This document shows, piece by piece, positions 52,331 to 63,759 of a DNA stretch of 63,765 nt; positions within the stretch are counted from its first letter, which is position 1; the number at the start of each line of letters is the position of its first letter. A model generated the notes under the pieces. That model was not told the DNA's origin. It saw only the letters and a program-made list of their open reading frames with translations, and ran no database searches. Both the position numbers and the translations under genes were made by a program. Where the stretch lies: NCBI RefSeq assembly GCF_001194135.2, contig NC_068995.1:4497339-4561103 (forward strand), given 5' to 3'. The DNA is from Octopus bimaculoides (taxonomy: Eukaryota).

Positions 52331-52395
52331 TAATTTGATATCATGATATTAAGTTGTATATCATGATATATAATTTGATATCATGATATACAACT
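52331..52395. repeat. Three ATATCATGATAT palindromes at 20-bp period, including a perfect 18-bp inverted repeat
   Basis: Palindromes at 52338, 52358 and 52378. agttgtatatcatgatat (52352-52369) is the exact reverse complement of 52378-52395. Confidence 0.95.
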
Positions 52396-53119
52396 CCTAA
52401 CGGCTAAGTCTACCTAGCACTATACAGGTACGACATTCCGTAAACCTAAGAAAAATCTCATAAATTACGTTAGATCTCCTCATAATTAATGAGAGTTTTT
52501 AAAGTTGTGTTCACAATATTATTCCTCCCACACACACGAACTCACTCATTGAGCACGCCAGCAGCTAAGGTTTCCCCCTGCACTCTATGTTTAGCGGAGA
52601 AGGTTTACATATTCAAATGAAAACGTAACCAACGGAAGCTTACTGGGAAATATCTGTTAGTTTAGCTTATAGCGTACTTTCAAATGAGAGAAAACTTATA
52701 AAATGTGATGAACATACATAATTCATAGCTATATGATTTCGTCATTGCAGCTGCTACAATACAAATTAGACTTGTGTGTATTCACGTGTATTTGTGTGTA
52801 TGTGTATGTGTGTGTGCGCACACGCGCTCAGTGTATGTTTTTATACAGATGTGGAGAGAGAAGGAGAGAGTTTGTAGATGAATTAAAGGAAAGCTTATAT
52901 TTCCAACATAAAATATTAACTGAGATACTCGAACAATTCTCATTTATTATCTAAATCACTAAGAATAGAGAAAGAAAGCTGCTATGGCGGACAAAGACGG
53001 TATACACATACATACGTAGAGACAGAAACATGAACATACATACACACATACAAACACATATGTATTTATGAATACATATATATATTTACATTTATATATA
53101 TATATACATATACACACAC

Positions 53120-53193
<74 letters not shown>

Positions 53194-53290
53194 GTATATG
53201 TGTATGCTTGTATGTATAAGCTTGTGTATGTGAATATATGCGAGTGTAATTATATTTGTGTCTATGTGAATGTATGAACGTACGTATGCA

Positions 53291-53347
<57 letters not shown>

Positions 53348-53845
53348 ATGTATGTATGTATGTATGTATGTATGTATGTATGTATGTATATAATTATATA
53401 TGTATATATATATATAAAAGTGTGTCTGTGTATGCTTCTGTGAAGGTATCTGTACAGATGAGTGTAGAAGCCAGGCGAGCATATATGTATATGTGTATAT
53501 ATGTGGGTGTTTATGTGATTGCATGCGTATGTACGTGTATACGTGGCTGTACATGTGGTTGTATCTATCTGAATGCGTGGCAGTAAGCAAGTTGCGGCAC
53601 AGTGATTTATAAACCCTTCCCATATCGCCCTCGCATCTTACCTGTATCTGTATGTTCGCCTGGCTTTCTTGTCATAAGGGGAAACAACTTGACCTTTCTC
53701 TCCACATTCCATTTGGCCCTGTGTTATCTGCTCCACTACAAATCTGTAGATATGGAAGACCTAAATCGTATCTTGCTCCCCACCGTACCTCCAATCCCAC
53801 TGGCCTTGTATCTCTCGAGTATTTATATAAGATACCTGCATGTTT

Positions 53846-53887
53846 GAAATCTACATTTCGTCTCTTTTCGAGGACGTCTTCAGTTCG
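53846..53887 (-). ncRNA. Hammerhead-like motif (core intact, stem I disrupted)
   Basis: Minus strand reads cgaa-CUGAAGA-c-guc(c)uc-gaaaa-gagac-GAAAU-GUA-gauuuc. Confidence 0.4.
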
Positions 53888-55099
53888 TTATGGATAATGC
53901 AATTATAAATTGCAGTTATGGATTGCATTTATAGGGCGTCGTCGTTAGTTAATTAATTAATGTACACTGAAACATATGTAATAGATGCAATAAAGGAATA
54001 CAAAGCTTATAACCATACTTTTCTTTCGTTATTGATGTGCTCTTTGTATTACGTCATAGCACTCCTTAGACCACACAGAACTCTTTATACATACATATAT
54101 ATATACATATATATATACATATATATACATACACATACATATGTGTGTGTGCATGCATATATATATATATATATATATATANNNNNNNNNNNNNNNNNNN
54201 NNNNNNNNNNNNNNNNNNNNNNNNNNNNNNNNNNNNNNNNNNNNNNNNNNNNNNNNNNNNNNNNNNNNNNNNNNNNNNNNNNNNNNNNNNNNNNNNNNNN
54301 NNNNNNNNNNNNNNNNNNNNNNNNNNNNNNNNNNNNNNNNNNNNNNNNNNNNNNNNNNNNNNNNNNNNNNNNNNNNNNNNNNNNNNNNNNNNNNNNNNNN
54401 NNNNNNNNNNNNNNNNNNNNNNNNNNNNNNNNNNNNNNNNNNNNNNNNNNNNNNNNNNNNNNNNNNNNNTATATATATATATATATATGGCCACAGCTCA
54501 TGAGCTGAAACTAGATAAAATGAAAATAAAATGAGATATATACGTGTACGTACACGTGTGGTGGAGGCTGCGGGTGGCGTTGGTGGTAATAATGAAAGCC
54601 TTCTACATCTCTTTCGATGTTTCAAATGCTTCTTTCTTTCTTTCTTTCTTTCTGTCTTCCTTCCTTCCTTTCTTACTGTCACTAATAATGAATAAAGATT
54701 TAAATTCTGTTCGTAACATTTCTAAGAAAGAAATAGCGGCCGAACGATTCGGTTTCTCCATAAAGACATTTTCTATGGACTTTGGTACAGATACAAGCTT
54801 AGTTTATGAGTGTTTTGGAATCTGGGTCTCTGCAAATTGATGTGTGTTAAATGAAGCATAAGAGAAAGCAGTCTGACACCCAAAACAACACAGGTATAGT
54901 TATACACACACATGTATAACTACGTGTGTATATGTAAGTGTAATATATACATAAAATATATACATAAACATATATGTATAATATATATTTGTATATCAAA
55001 CTTTATATTATTTTATGTATTTATGTATGTATGTATATATATACACATACATATACACATGCATATACACATACATATACATATACATAATACTTATAT

Positions 55100-55100
55100 T

Positions 55101-55174
<74 letters not shown>

Positions 55175-55175
55175 T

Positions 55176-55207
<32 letters not shown>
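55100..55207. repeat. (TAGA)n microsatellite
   Basis: Read directly; further (TAGA)n at ~35100-35235, 55990-56045, 56195-56262 and 63290-63400. Confidence 0.98.
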
Positions 55208-55989
55208 GTATGTATATATATATATGTACATTTATATATATGCATGCACTATTAAACACATGCTTTTCAATACAGCTGAGTGAATAGTCGGTGAAGGTGG
55301 CGTAAACGATGATGGCTGTGGAAGATGCGAAACTCTTTTCCACAAATAACCAGACAATTTAACGGATGTGCTGTGCGATGTATGGTGTGAAGCGACATGA
55401 TGTGACGGTGGTGGAGCATAGAAATTGAATTATATAATTTAGTGTTGGCTTGGATTTATGCAATATCTGCCGTTAATGGCTACCGGTTTCAGGAATTGTT
55501 TCTATTATGAATTAACAAGCAAGATGAGAGAACAATAAAAACATGGCGGCCGTAATGAGCGAAAGGGGTATTGCTGATTGAAGGTTTATTCATGTTAACC
55601 AGTTATCGTAGCAGAATTTTGATTTTCATCATCATAAAATTCCTTTACTGTACGTTTTAATGTCACTGTGTGATAGAAGAGAGAGTTAGGTTGATTGAGA
55701 TATATAGACGGAGAGCTATCTGACTAGTCACCTAGTTACATGCATAAATACTTAACTTGATTAATGTATAGTTTTGTATATAGATAGGCAGATGCATAGA
55801 GAGGAAGATAGACAGGTCTGCAGATAGACAGGTCTGCAGACAGACAGACAGATAAGTAGATGGATTGACAGACTGATGTATAGACAGATGTTTAATAAAC
55901 AGATTCGTACACAAACACACACATATGTATAGAGTGAGAGGGGGAAGGAGAGGCAGAGAAAGAAGCAAATGTGTATATATTATTTATAC

Positions 55990-56047
<58 letters not shown>

Positions 56048-56195
56048 GTAAGTAGGTAGGTATTAGGTAGGTATTAGGTAGGTAGGTATTAGGTAGGTAG
56101 GTAGGTAGGTAGGTAGGTAGACTTATATACATATATAAATGCATACATACGGAGCAAGAGAGAGCGAGAGCGAGAGAGAAAGAATTATCGAAGAT

Positions 56196-56262
<67 letters not shown>

Positions 56263-56692
56263 CAGTTCCATGTTCATCGATGTTCATACTGAATAATACA
56301 ATGACCAGAATTCCAAAATTGTTCGTTTGCCACACTGAAATTACACTATTTATTCATCCAATCAAAATTGTGATTCTTAATTCTCTGCGATGGCCTCCTG
56401 AGAAGCTTAGCTCTGCGCAATTGAGGTTAAACCGTGATGACCTACTAAAATATTCCATAAACTTTCAAAAGCCAGAGGATTCAAAAACATTTGCTGATGA
56501 CGAAGCTTATTAAAGAATATTTGTTTGTTTTCGAATATTTCTGGCTGTTCGGAATATATTAAATATTGCATATTACAAATACGGAAATGGCTCTCAGCGA
56601 GGAAAAATAGCTTATTGAATCCTGCTATATGTGATATTACATTGCGTTCTCTATAGGTTTGGCAGTCGCCTAGTTGGTTTAACTAATAACTG

Positions 56693-56866
56693 TCACTCCG
56701 TCGGTTGCGACGGTGGGTGTTCCAGTTGTTCCCATCAATAGAACAGCCTTCTCGTGAAATCAATGTGCTTATGGCTAAGCACTCCACAGATACTCAAACC
56801 ATTATCGTAGTTCTCAGGGAGATTCAGCGGGTCACAAAATGTGACAAGGTTTTGAAATGCAGGTGC
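56693..56866 (-). mobile_element. SINE family B 3' half
   Basis: cactccgtcggttgcgacgg...ttccagttg...aacagcc.tctcgtgaaat...gcactccacaga...gtagttctcagggagattcagcg. Confidence 0.85.
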
Positions 56867-56871
56867 TACTA

Positions 56872-57018
56872 ATCCCGTAAATGAGCGGTTCGGCAAAAGA
56901 GAATGATAGATTAAGAAACAGGCTTAAAAAGATAAGTACAGGTGTTCAATTCATTCGACTGAATATTCTCCAAGGCGGAGCAATACCATGGCTGCAGTCT
57001 CATGATTGAAGCAAGTAA
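56872..57018 (+). mobile_element. SINE family C 3' half
   Basis: cccgtaaatgagcggttcggcaaaagag..gatag...catggctgcagtc...tgaagcaagta. Confidence 0.8.
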
Positions 57019-57619
57019 TACATGATGCGTGTGTGTGTGTATGCTTGTATGCGTAAATGTATGTATGTCTCTTCTATTTTTTAATTACAATAAATTTTCA
57101 GAACAATATTAAACGACTTTAAACCTAATTCTATCTTTGTATCACTTTTTTTTCTATCTTTATATTATTGTCACAAGAACTGAAAATGAATTTTCCCAAA
57201 TAAAGTGCACCTCATATTCAAGGCTCTGATGAAGTTATATGATGTTACCCAGCAACTCAACTAAGATTCCACCACAACTTACAGCAGAAACAGCAGTAAG
57301 CTAATGTAGTTAATAATATAGACTTTGTTTTCCTCCGGTATCATTTTTTTTTCTTCCTATTACCACTCTATAATCCTCTATCATTGTTCTGCATCATACA
57401 TGTATTGAGTTCTACACCAGGTTAGTAATCACGTGATGCCTAAGTGGAATATTAAAATATAATTGTCATATTTAAATCGCTATAAGTTTTATCAGATCTT
57501 TCTGACCTCGATCTGTTCTGGGGTGCGCTTCTCTGTAAATTTCTGTTGGTTTACGTTGTTCTGCTTTTCCTGGAGGATATTAAGAGTTCGTTCTTTTTGT
57601 GTGGGTGTACAATAGAGAG

Positions 57620-57623
<4 letters not shown>

Positions 57624-57694
<71 letters not shown>
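57624..57694. repeat. (GT)n microsatellite
   Basis: Read directly. Confidence 0.98.
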
Positions 57695-57697
<3 letters not shown>

Positions 57698-58827
57698 TGC
57701 TTGTTTGTGTGTAATGTGTACTTGTAGTGCGCAAGTTTTACATGAAATTTAAAGATTTGTTTCTTCGTGTGGGTGTGTGTAGGTGTGTGTAGGTGTGTGT
57801 GTTAGGAGGGTGTAGGTGTTTATGTGAGAAAGAGAGAGTAAGCGTGTGTGTGTGTGTGTGCGTGTGTGTGTGTGTGTGTGAGTGGCATGTAGATTTTACA
57901 TGGAATGTTAAGATTTGGTTTATCGTGTGGGTGTGTGCGTGGGTGTGTAAACGAGAAGGAATGTGTGTGTGTATATGTATATGGGTATGTGTATGTATGT
58001 GTATGAGTATATATGCATGTGTATGTATGTGAGTGTATATGTATATGTGTGTATATGTATGTATGTGTGCCTATGTGTGTATGTGTGTGTGAGTGTATAT
58101 GTATATGTGTGTGTATATGTGTGTGTATGCGTATGTATGTATGAGTGTATATGTATATNNNNNNNNNNNNNNNNNNNNNNNNNNNNNNNNNNNNNNNNNN
58201 NNNNNNNNNNNNNNNNNNNNNNNNNNNNNNNNNNNNNNNNNNNNNNNNNNNNNNNNNNNNNNNNNNNNNNNNNNNNNNNNNNNNNNNNNNNNNNNNNNNN
58301 NNNNNNNNNNNNNNNNNNNNNNNNNNNNNNNNNNNNNNNNNNNNNNNNNNNNNNNNNNNNNNNNNNNNNNNNNNNNNNNNNNNNNNNNNNNNNNNNNNNN
58401 NNNNNNNNNNNNNNNNNNNNNNNNNNNNNNNNNNNNNNNNNNNNNNNNNNNNNNNNNNNNNNNNNNNNNNNNNNNNNNNNNNNNNNNNNNNNNNNNNNNN
58501 NNNNNNNNNNNNNNNNNNNNNNNNNNNNNNNNNNNNNNNNNNNNNNNNNNNNNNNNNNNNNNNNNNNNNNNNNNNNNNNNNNNNNNNNNNNNNNNNNNNN
58601 NNNNNNNNNNNNNNNNNNNNNNNNNNNNNNNNNNNNNNNNNNNNNNNNNNNNNNNNNNNNNNNNNNNNNNNNNNNNNNNNNNNNNNNNNNNNNNNNNNNN
58701 NNNNNNNNNNNNNNNNNNNNNNNNNNNNNNNNNNNNNNNNNNNNNNNNNNNNNNNNNNNNNNNGTGGTGGTGGTGGTGGTGGCGGTGGTGGTGGTAATGG
58801 TGGCAATGGTAGTACTGCTTGCAGTAG

Positions 58828-58955
58828 ATTGGCAGAACCGTTAGAGAGCCGAAGAAAAATGCTCGGTAGCAATTGTTTTGCTTCTTTACACTCTGAGTTC
58901 AAATAACGGCATGGTCAACTTCATCGTTAATGTTTCTCTGGGTCTATAAAATAAT
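58828..58955 (+). mobile_element. SINE family A, old diverged copy
   Basis: ggcagaaccgttagagagccg...ctctgagttcaaat..cggcatggtcaactt. Confidence 0.7.
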
Positions 58956-59252
58956 GGACGATCTAGTGTGGCGCATTGTCAGATATTCTTATGACAATGC
59001 AACATCTGTCGTGGCTTTTGTTCGGTTTGCAACGACACCGCTAGGAAATTGTATCGAGTTTTGACTCACCCTTGGACTTCATGGGTAACGTAAAAACGAT
59101 GGGACTTGTTGCACCGTCCTTAAAGGAGATAAGTATCTTATCACCCCTAAAAGAAAAACTTGTCCAAGCCTTCTCCCTCGGCAAGAAACCCTCAGGATCA
59201 GCTGACGATGGATTCCATACGTTTCGATGTTTATAAGGGACATTATCCCCTA

Positions 59253-59572
59253 GGCACTCCGTCGGTTACGACGACGAGTGTTCCAGTTGATACGATCAAC
59301 CGAACAGCCTGCTCACGATAATAACGGACGCGTGGCTGAGTATTCCATAGACGCGAGTACCCTTAATGTAGTGCTCAGAGAATTTCAGCATAATACAGAA
59401 TGTGACAAGGTTGACCCTTTTGAATTAAAAATACAATTCATTTTTGCCAGCTGAGTGGACTGGAGTAAAATGAGATAAAGTGTCTTGCTTAAGGACAGAA
59501 CGCGCTGCCGAGTATTGAACACACGACCTTACGATCGTAAAGCGAATACCCCAACTGCTAATCCACGCGCCT
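59253..59572 (-). mobile_element. SINE with the family-B 3' module but a different tRNA-like head
   Basis: 59253-59420 matches the family-B 3' half. The head (reverse complement) ggcgcgtggattagcagttggggtattcgc...gtgttcaatactcggcagcgcgttctgtccttaagcaagacactttatctc differs from the heads at 13590 and 29494. Confidence 0.85.
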
Positions 59573-59636
59573 TCACTTAAAGAATAGCGGCTGCTTTTAA
59601 GTTAATAATTTAAAATCTCGAAATTCGGAGCAAGGT

Positions 59637-59850
59637 TGCGGCGAGCTGGCGCAATCGTTTGCGCACCGGAATCTGCTTATTGACATTTCGTCCGTATTCT
59701 GCGTTCAAATTCCGCCGAGGTCGTTTTGCTTTATGTCCTTTTGGTGGGGGTCGATAAAACAAATACCAGTTGAACCCTGGGGTCTATGTAGTCGACTTAC
59801 TACTCCTTCTTCCGAACTTGATGGCCTTGTACCAAAATCTGAAATCAATG
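59637..59850 (+). mobile_element. SINE family A, full length, diverged
   Basis: gcggcgagctggcgcaatcgtt...gttcaaattccgccgaggtcg...ggggtcgataaaacaaataccagttgaaccctggggtc...ggccttgtaccaaaatctgaaat. Confidence 0.88.
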
Positions 59851-59914
59851 TCGCAATTGGAACCTGTACTTATATAAAGGGAAATTTTTTTGTTTTCTTT
59901 ATTTCGAATATTAC

Positions 59915-59916
<2 letters not shown>

Positions 59917-59973
<57 letters not shown>

Positions 59974-60021
59974 TACTACTACTACTACTACTATTATTAT
60001 TATTATTATTATTATTATTAT
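59917..60021. repeat. (TAT)n-(TAC)n-(TAT)n microsatellite
   Basis: Read directly. Confidence 0.98.
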
Positions 60022-60099
60022 CAGAGTCAGAAACTACAGAATGTTGGAATAAATGCATGAATTTGTTTATTCAAATTTTGCATAGGTCGTTTTACGTTA

Positions 60100-60450
60100 C
60101 GAGTGTCGGCGATGTCCTTGCAGAGGTCAATGCCTTCGATAATAGCCAGCATTTTAAAATGATCATTATGAAGCATTTATTTTTATGGAAAAAAATACGA
60201 GATTATGGAACGCCATATGTTTTCACGATGCAGTCTGTCCAAAAATTCTGCAAACAAAAGCCTGTACCAGGTCGTTCGGCATGCTAGAAATAACAGCGAA
60301 ATCTCCCTGAAATCACAACCGACCGTCTTAAAAATAAACAAGTTGGTTAATTTGGGTTTGTCTTGCTTGTGTGCAGAAATAAGACGGGCAGGTCACGGTG
60401 GGAAAGCTATAGATCTGCTCATTGAAAGCTTACCTGGGGCTAAACAAATG
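60100..60450 (+). mobile_element. Longer copy of dispersed repeat family E (retroposon-like)
   Basis: Core tgctagaaataacagcgaaatctccctgaaatcac (60282-60316) is shared with the fragments at 41143 and 50483; ends ...acctggggctaaacaa. Outer boundaries approximate. Confidence 0.55.
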
Positions 60451-61065
60451 TAAAAATGACACAGTTTATCTGATTTGAGAACTGCGTAGAAAGAAGCAGA
60501 TTTTTTTTCCTAAGCCTGCTTCGCTCTGTATTGAAATGTCATCGACTAGAGGTTAATGGTTTTGTGCGGCCTAAGCCATGTGATGATTACGTTGGAATGG
60601 TGGTGGTGGTGGTGGTGGTGGTAGTGATGGTGGTGGTGGTGGTGGTGGTGGTNNNNNNNNNNNNNNNNNNNNNNNNNNNNNNNNNNNNNNNNNNNNNNNN
60701 NNNNNNNNNNNNNNNNNNNNNNNNNNNNNNNNNNNNNNNNNNNNNNNNNNNNNNNNNNNNNNNNNNNNNNNNNNNNNNNNNNNNNNNNNNNNNNNNNNNN
60801 NNNNNNNNNNNNNNNNNNNNNNNNNNNNNNNNNNNNNNNNNNNNNNNNNNNNNNNNNNNNNNNNNNNNNNNNNNNNNNNNNNNNNNNNNNNNNNNNNNNN
60901 NNNNNNNNNNNNNNNNNNNNNNNNNNNNNNNNNNNNNNNNNNNNNNNNNNNNNNNNNNNNNNNNNNNNNNNNNNNNNNNNNNNNNNNNNNNNNNNNNNNN
61001 NNNNNNNNNNNNNNNNNNNNNNNNNNNNNNNNNNNNNNNNNNNNNNNNNNNNNNNNNNNNNNNNN

Positions 61066-61417
61066 CGGTGGTGTTAGTGATATTCGCTATCCTGGTGATT
61101 TTGCTTAAGGCGGGGATTAGTTTCAGAAACAATGAGATTGCAGAAGTTTTGTTGTTGTTGTTGTTCTTCTTCTTGTTCGTTGAGTCCTCCGGAAGCAAGA
61201 AGGAACGGTACCCACGGCCCTCACAACCCCTTCTCATACCGTTACTTATAATACTATAATATTCTCCTTGGATACTTTCTGGTTGACAGCTATAGGGGAT
61301 AAAAAATGTCAGCAGACGGATTCCAGGTGGCGAGCATTTTGGGAAAGAAGGACTGGACGCCATGGACGACGACAGAAACTGAGAAAAATCAGATGAGGAT
61401 GACTGAATGAAGGACAT
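61066..61417 (-). CDS. Unverified candidate coding segment (Ser-rich, poly-Asn), runs into a gap
   Basis: A mostly non-repetitive stop-free frame of ~140 codons (MSFIQSSSSDFSQFLSSSMASSPSFPKCSPPG...EDSTNKKKNNNNNK...); no recognisable domain. An internal acceptor-like ttttttatcccctatag is present. Confidence 0.2.
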
Positions 61418-61699
61418 GCAGGTGATGCTGGCGCGAATTACGCTTGATTTCTTACTCCTCGGGCAAGGAGGTACTGGCGTTTGTTACATACCTCTCACGT
61501 GTTTCACATGAGGGGCTTGTTTTTGCTTTTCTTCTGCCTCACCATGAAAGTAACGCTGCTGTTTTTTAAATTACCGTTCTTGGGAGTATTTCATCATTTG
61601 CTACAGTATCTGCTGTCTACTTCTATAAACGTATCCATATTCTTGCTCTTTTAATCTTTACAGTTTCGAAATATTTAAAGAAATTCTGTCTTTTTGTTC

Positions 61700-61891
61700 A
61701 CCATATCGCGGTTCACCTATCGCGGTTCACCTATCAATTGCTCTGTTGTGTTGTTTTGCATTTATGATAAAACAAATATATACAAATTATAAAAATAATT
61801 ATAAAAAAATATACGGAACTGCTTCTACTTCGCGGATTCTTCACGGGGGGTTTGGGAATGTAACACCTGCGATAGCCGAGGGATTACTATA
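61700..61891 (+). mobile_element. Tigger/pogo-type MITE 3' portion
   Basis: Ends ...cctgcgatagccgagggattactata, a Tigger-like TIR followed by TA. Internal tatcgcggttcacc is tandemly duplicated (61704-61731). 5' TIR not found. Confidence 0.65.
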
Positions 61892-62055
61892 TATGAGATT
61901 TTAGTTAAACCCATAGTTGTATGAAATACAACCATGGGTTTATCCAGAATATCAATTACTTACTGCACTATGTAACCGTTACGTTGTCTCTCAGAAAATA
62001 AAGATATCATATAGACAAATTATGAAATCCAAAGCTATACGCCAGAAAGTACATC

Positions 62056-62270
62056 TGATATAAAATGTTATCTGATAGGCAATTATACCACATGGAAAAG
62101 GTATCAGATAGCTTTTTCCTTTCAGCTAAACTTACAATGATAATTTCACTGCGAGATAACTTTTCTATCAACATAACTTTTCTATCTGATATCTTTTGTA
62201 TCTAATAACTTTTCGCTCTGATAGCTTTTCTATCTAATACCGTTCCTATCAGATAACTCGTCGATCTGAT
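62056..62270. repeat. 16-bp minisatellite (gataacttttctatct) with orientation switch
   Basis: Seven forward units at 62155-62267; reverse-orientation units at 62056-62105; a forward unit resumes at 62107. Confidence 0.8.
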
Positions 62271-62445
62271 TCCAAAATCTCGGACACCATTGCATGGTTT
62301 TCTCCATTGACTCAGTTGCTGATGGACAATAATTCAATTCCAACGACAGAATTGGTTGAAAATGTGACCGATAACTTCACAACCGAATACAATCAACAAG
62401 ATGAATGCTTCTTTGTCGTTCGATCTATCTGCATCTCCCACTACT

Positions 62446-62562
<117 letters not shown>

Positions 62563-63324
62563 TCCCTCAAACATTCTTTCTCTCGTTTCTTATTCCTTAC
62601 GTTATCCATCTCACCCCACTTCTCATTCTCGTTATATCTATCTCATTGTTTATCACTTCTCTACTCTTTTACAGATTTTCTTTCACTCTCCTTTTCTCTC
62701 ATTCTCTCTCTCCTCTCTCGCTCCCTCTCTCTCTTTCTCTCTCCAGTTCTAAGATAAGTAAACATCGGTCTATAATTCTAAATTAGCGTCTCTTTATCCA
62801 AACCAATAACGAAGGACAATACTTCTCCTTCATTCTTATACCATTTGAATAAAGAACCAATTCAAAAACTCTTGGACGACGGAAACTAAGATTTAACAAA
62901 TTGTTTTTGATCAAATAGGAATTGGACTAGAATAAAAAAAAAAAATAAAGATACCAAAAGAGAAGCAAACCGGAAGAAGATTTTTCTCGTTGTATTAATA
63001 ATTTATTTATTCATAACGTTGATAAATGATCATTTAAAGAATGAGTAATTTATAGAAAAAGCTTGGAATATATTTGTTACACGGTACACATCAATCTAGC
63101 AATCGTTATAGAATTATGTGTAAGTATGGATGGGTGAATGGATGGATGGGTGGATGGATGGATGGATGGATGGGTGAGTGGATGGGGAGACGGATGGGTA
63201 TCTTGTTCAAGAAAGCATGTATATTCACGCAGAGGCTGATACTCAATTACGTGTATATGTGTGTATATGTGTATGTGTATTTATTTATTTAGATAGATAG
63301 ATAGATAGATAGATATATATATAT

Positions 63325-63386
<62 letters not shown>

Positions 63387-63567
63387 TGATTGATTGATAG
63401 ATAATGAAAGAGAGTATTAGATTGATAGACATATAGACATGGAGACGGGCATACAGACAGAGAGATAAATACATAGATCAGAAGAAAAGGTAGGACATAT
63501 GGATACATGCCTATATACGTGTGTGTGTGTGTGAGAGAGAGAGAGGAGGGAGAAAGAGAAAGAAAAG

Positions 63568-63608
<41 letters not shown>

Positions 63609-63726
63609 GTGTATTTGCGCGCATGCGGCCGTGGCTGTGTGTGTCTGTGTATCTGTATGTATTGACATAAATGCAATTATATTCATGCCTATGTACATTT
63701 ATATATATATGCATGTATGTATATAC

Positions 63727-63759
<33 letters not shown>

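Noticed and set aside
56490-56502. FADD motif in ORF 56280-56513, and LQEDL in ORF 49889-50092
   Set aside because: Single short motifs with no recognisable QGSxLxP motif or neighbouring RT blocks.
59215-59250. GAAAC-GUA on the minus strand next to a SINE end
   Set aside because: No CUGANGA core at the required distance.
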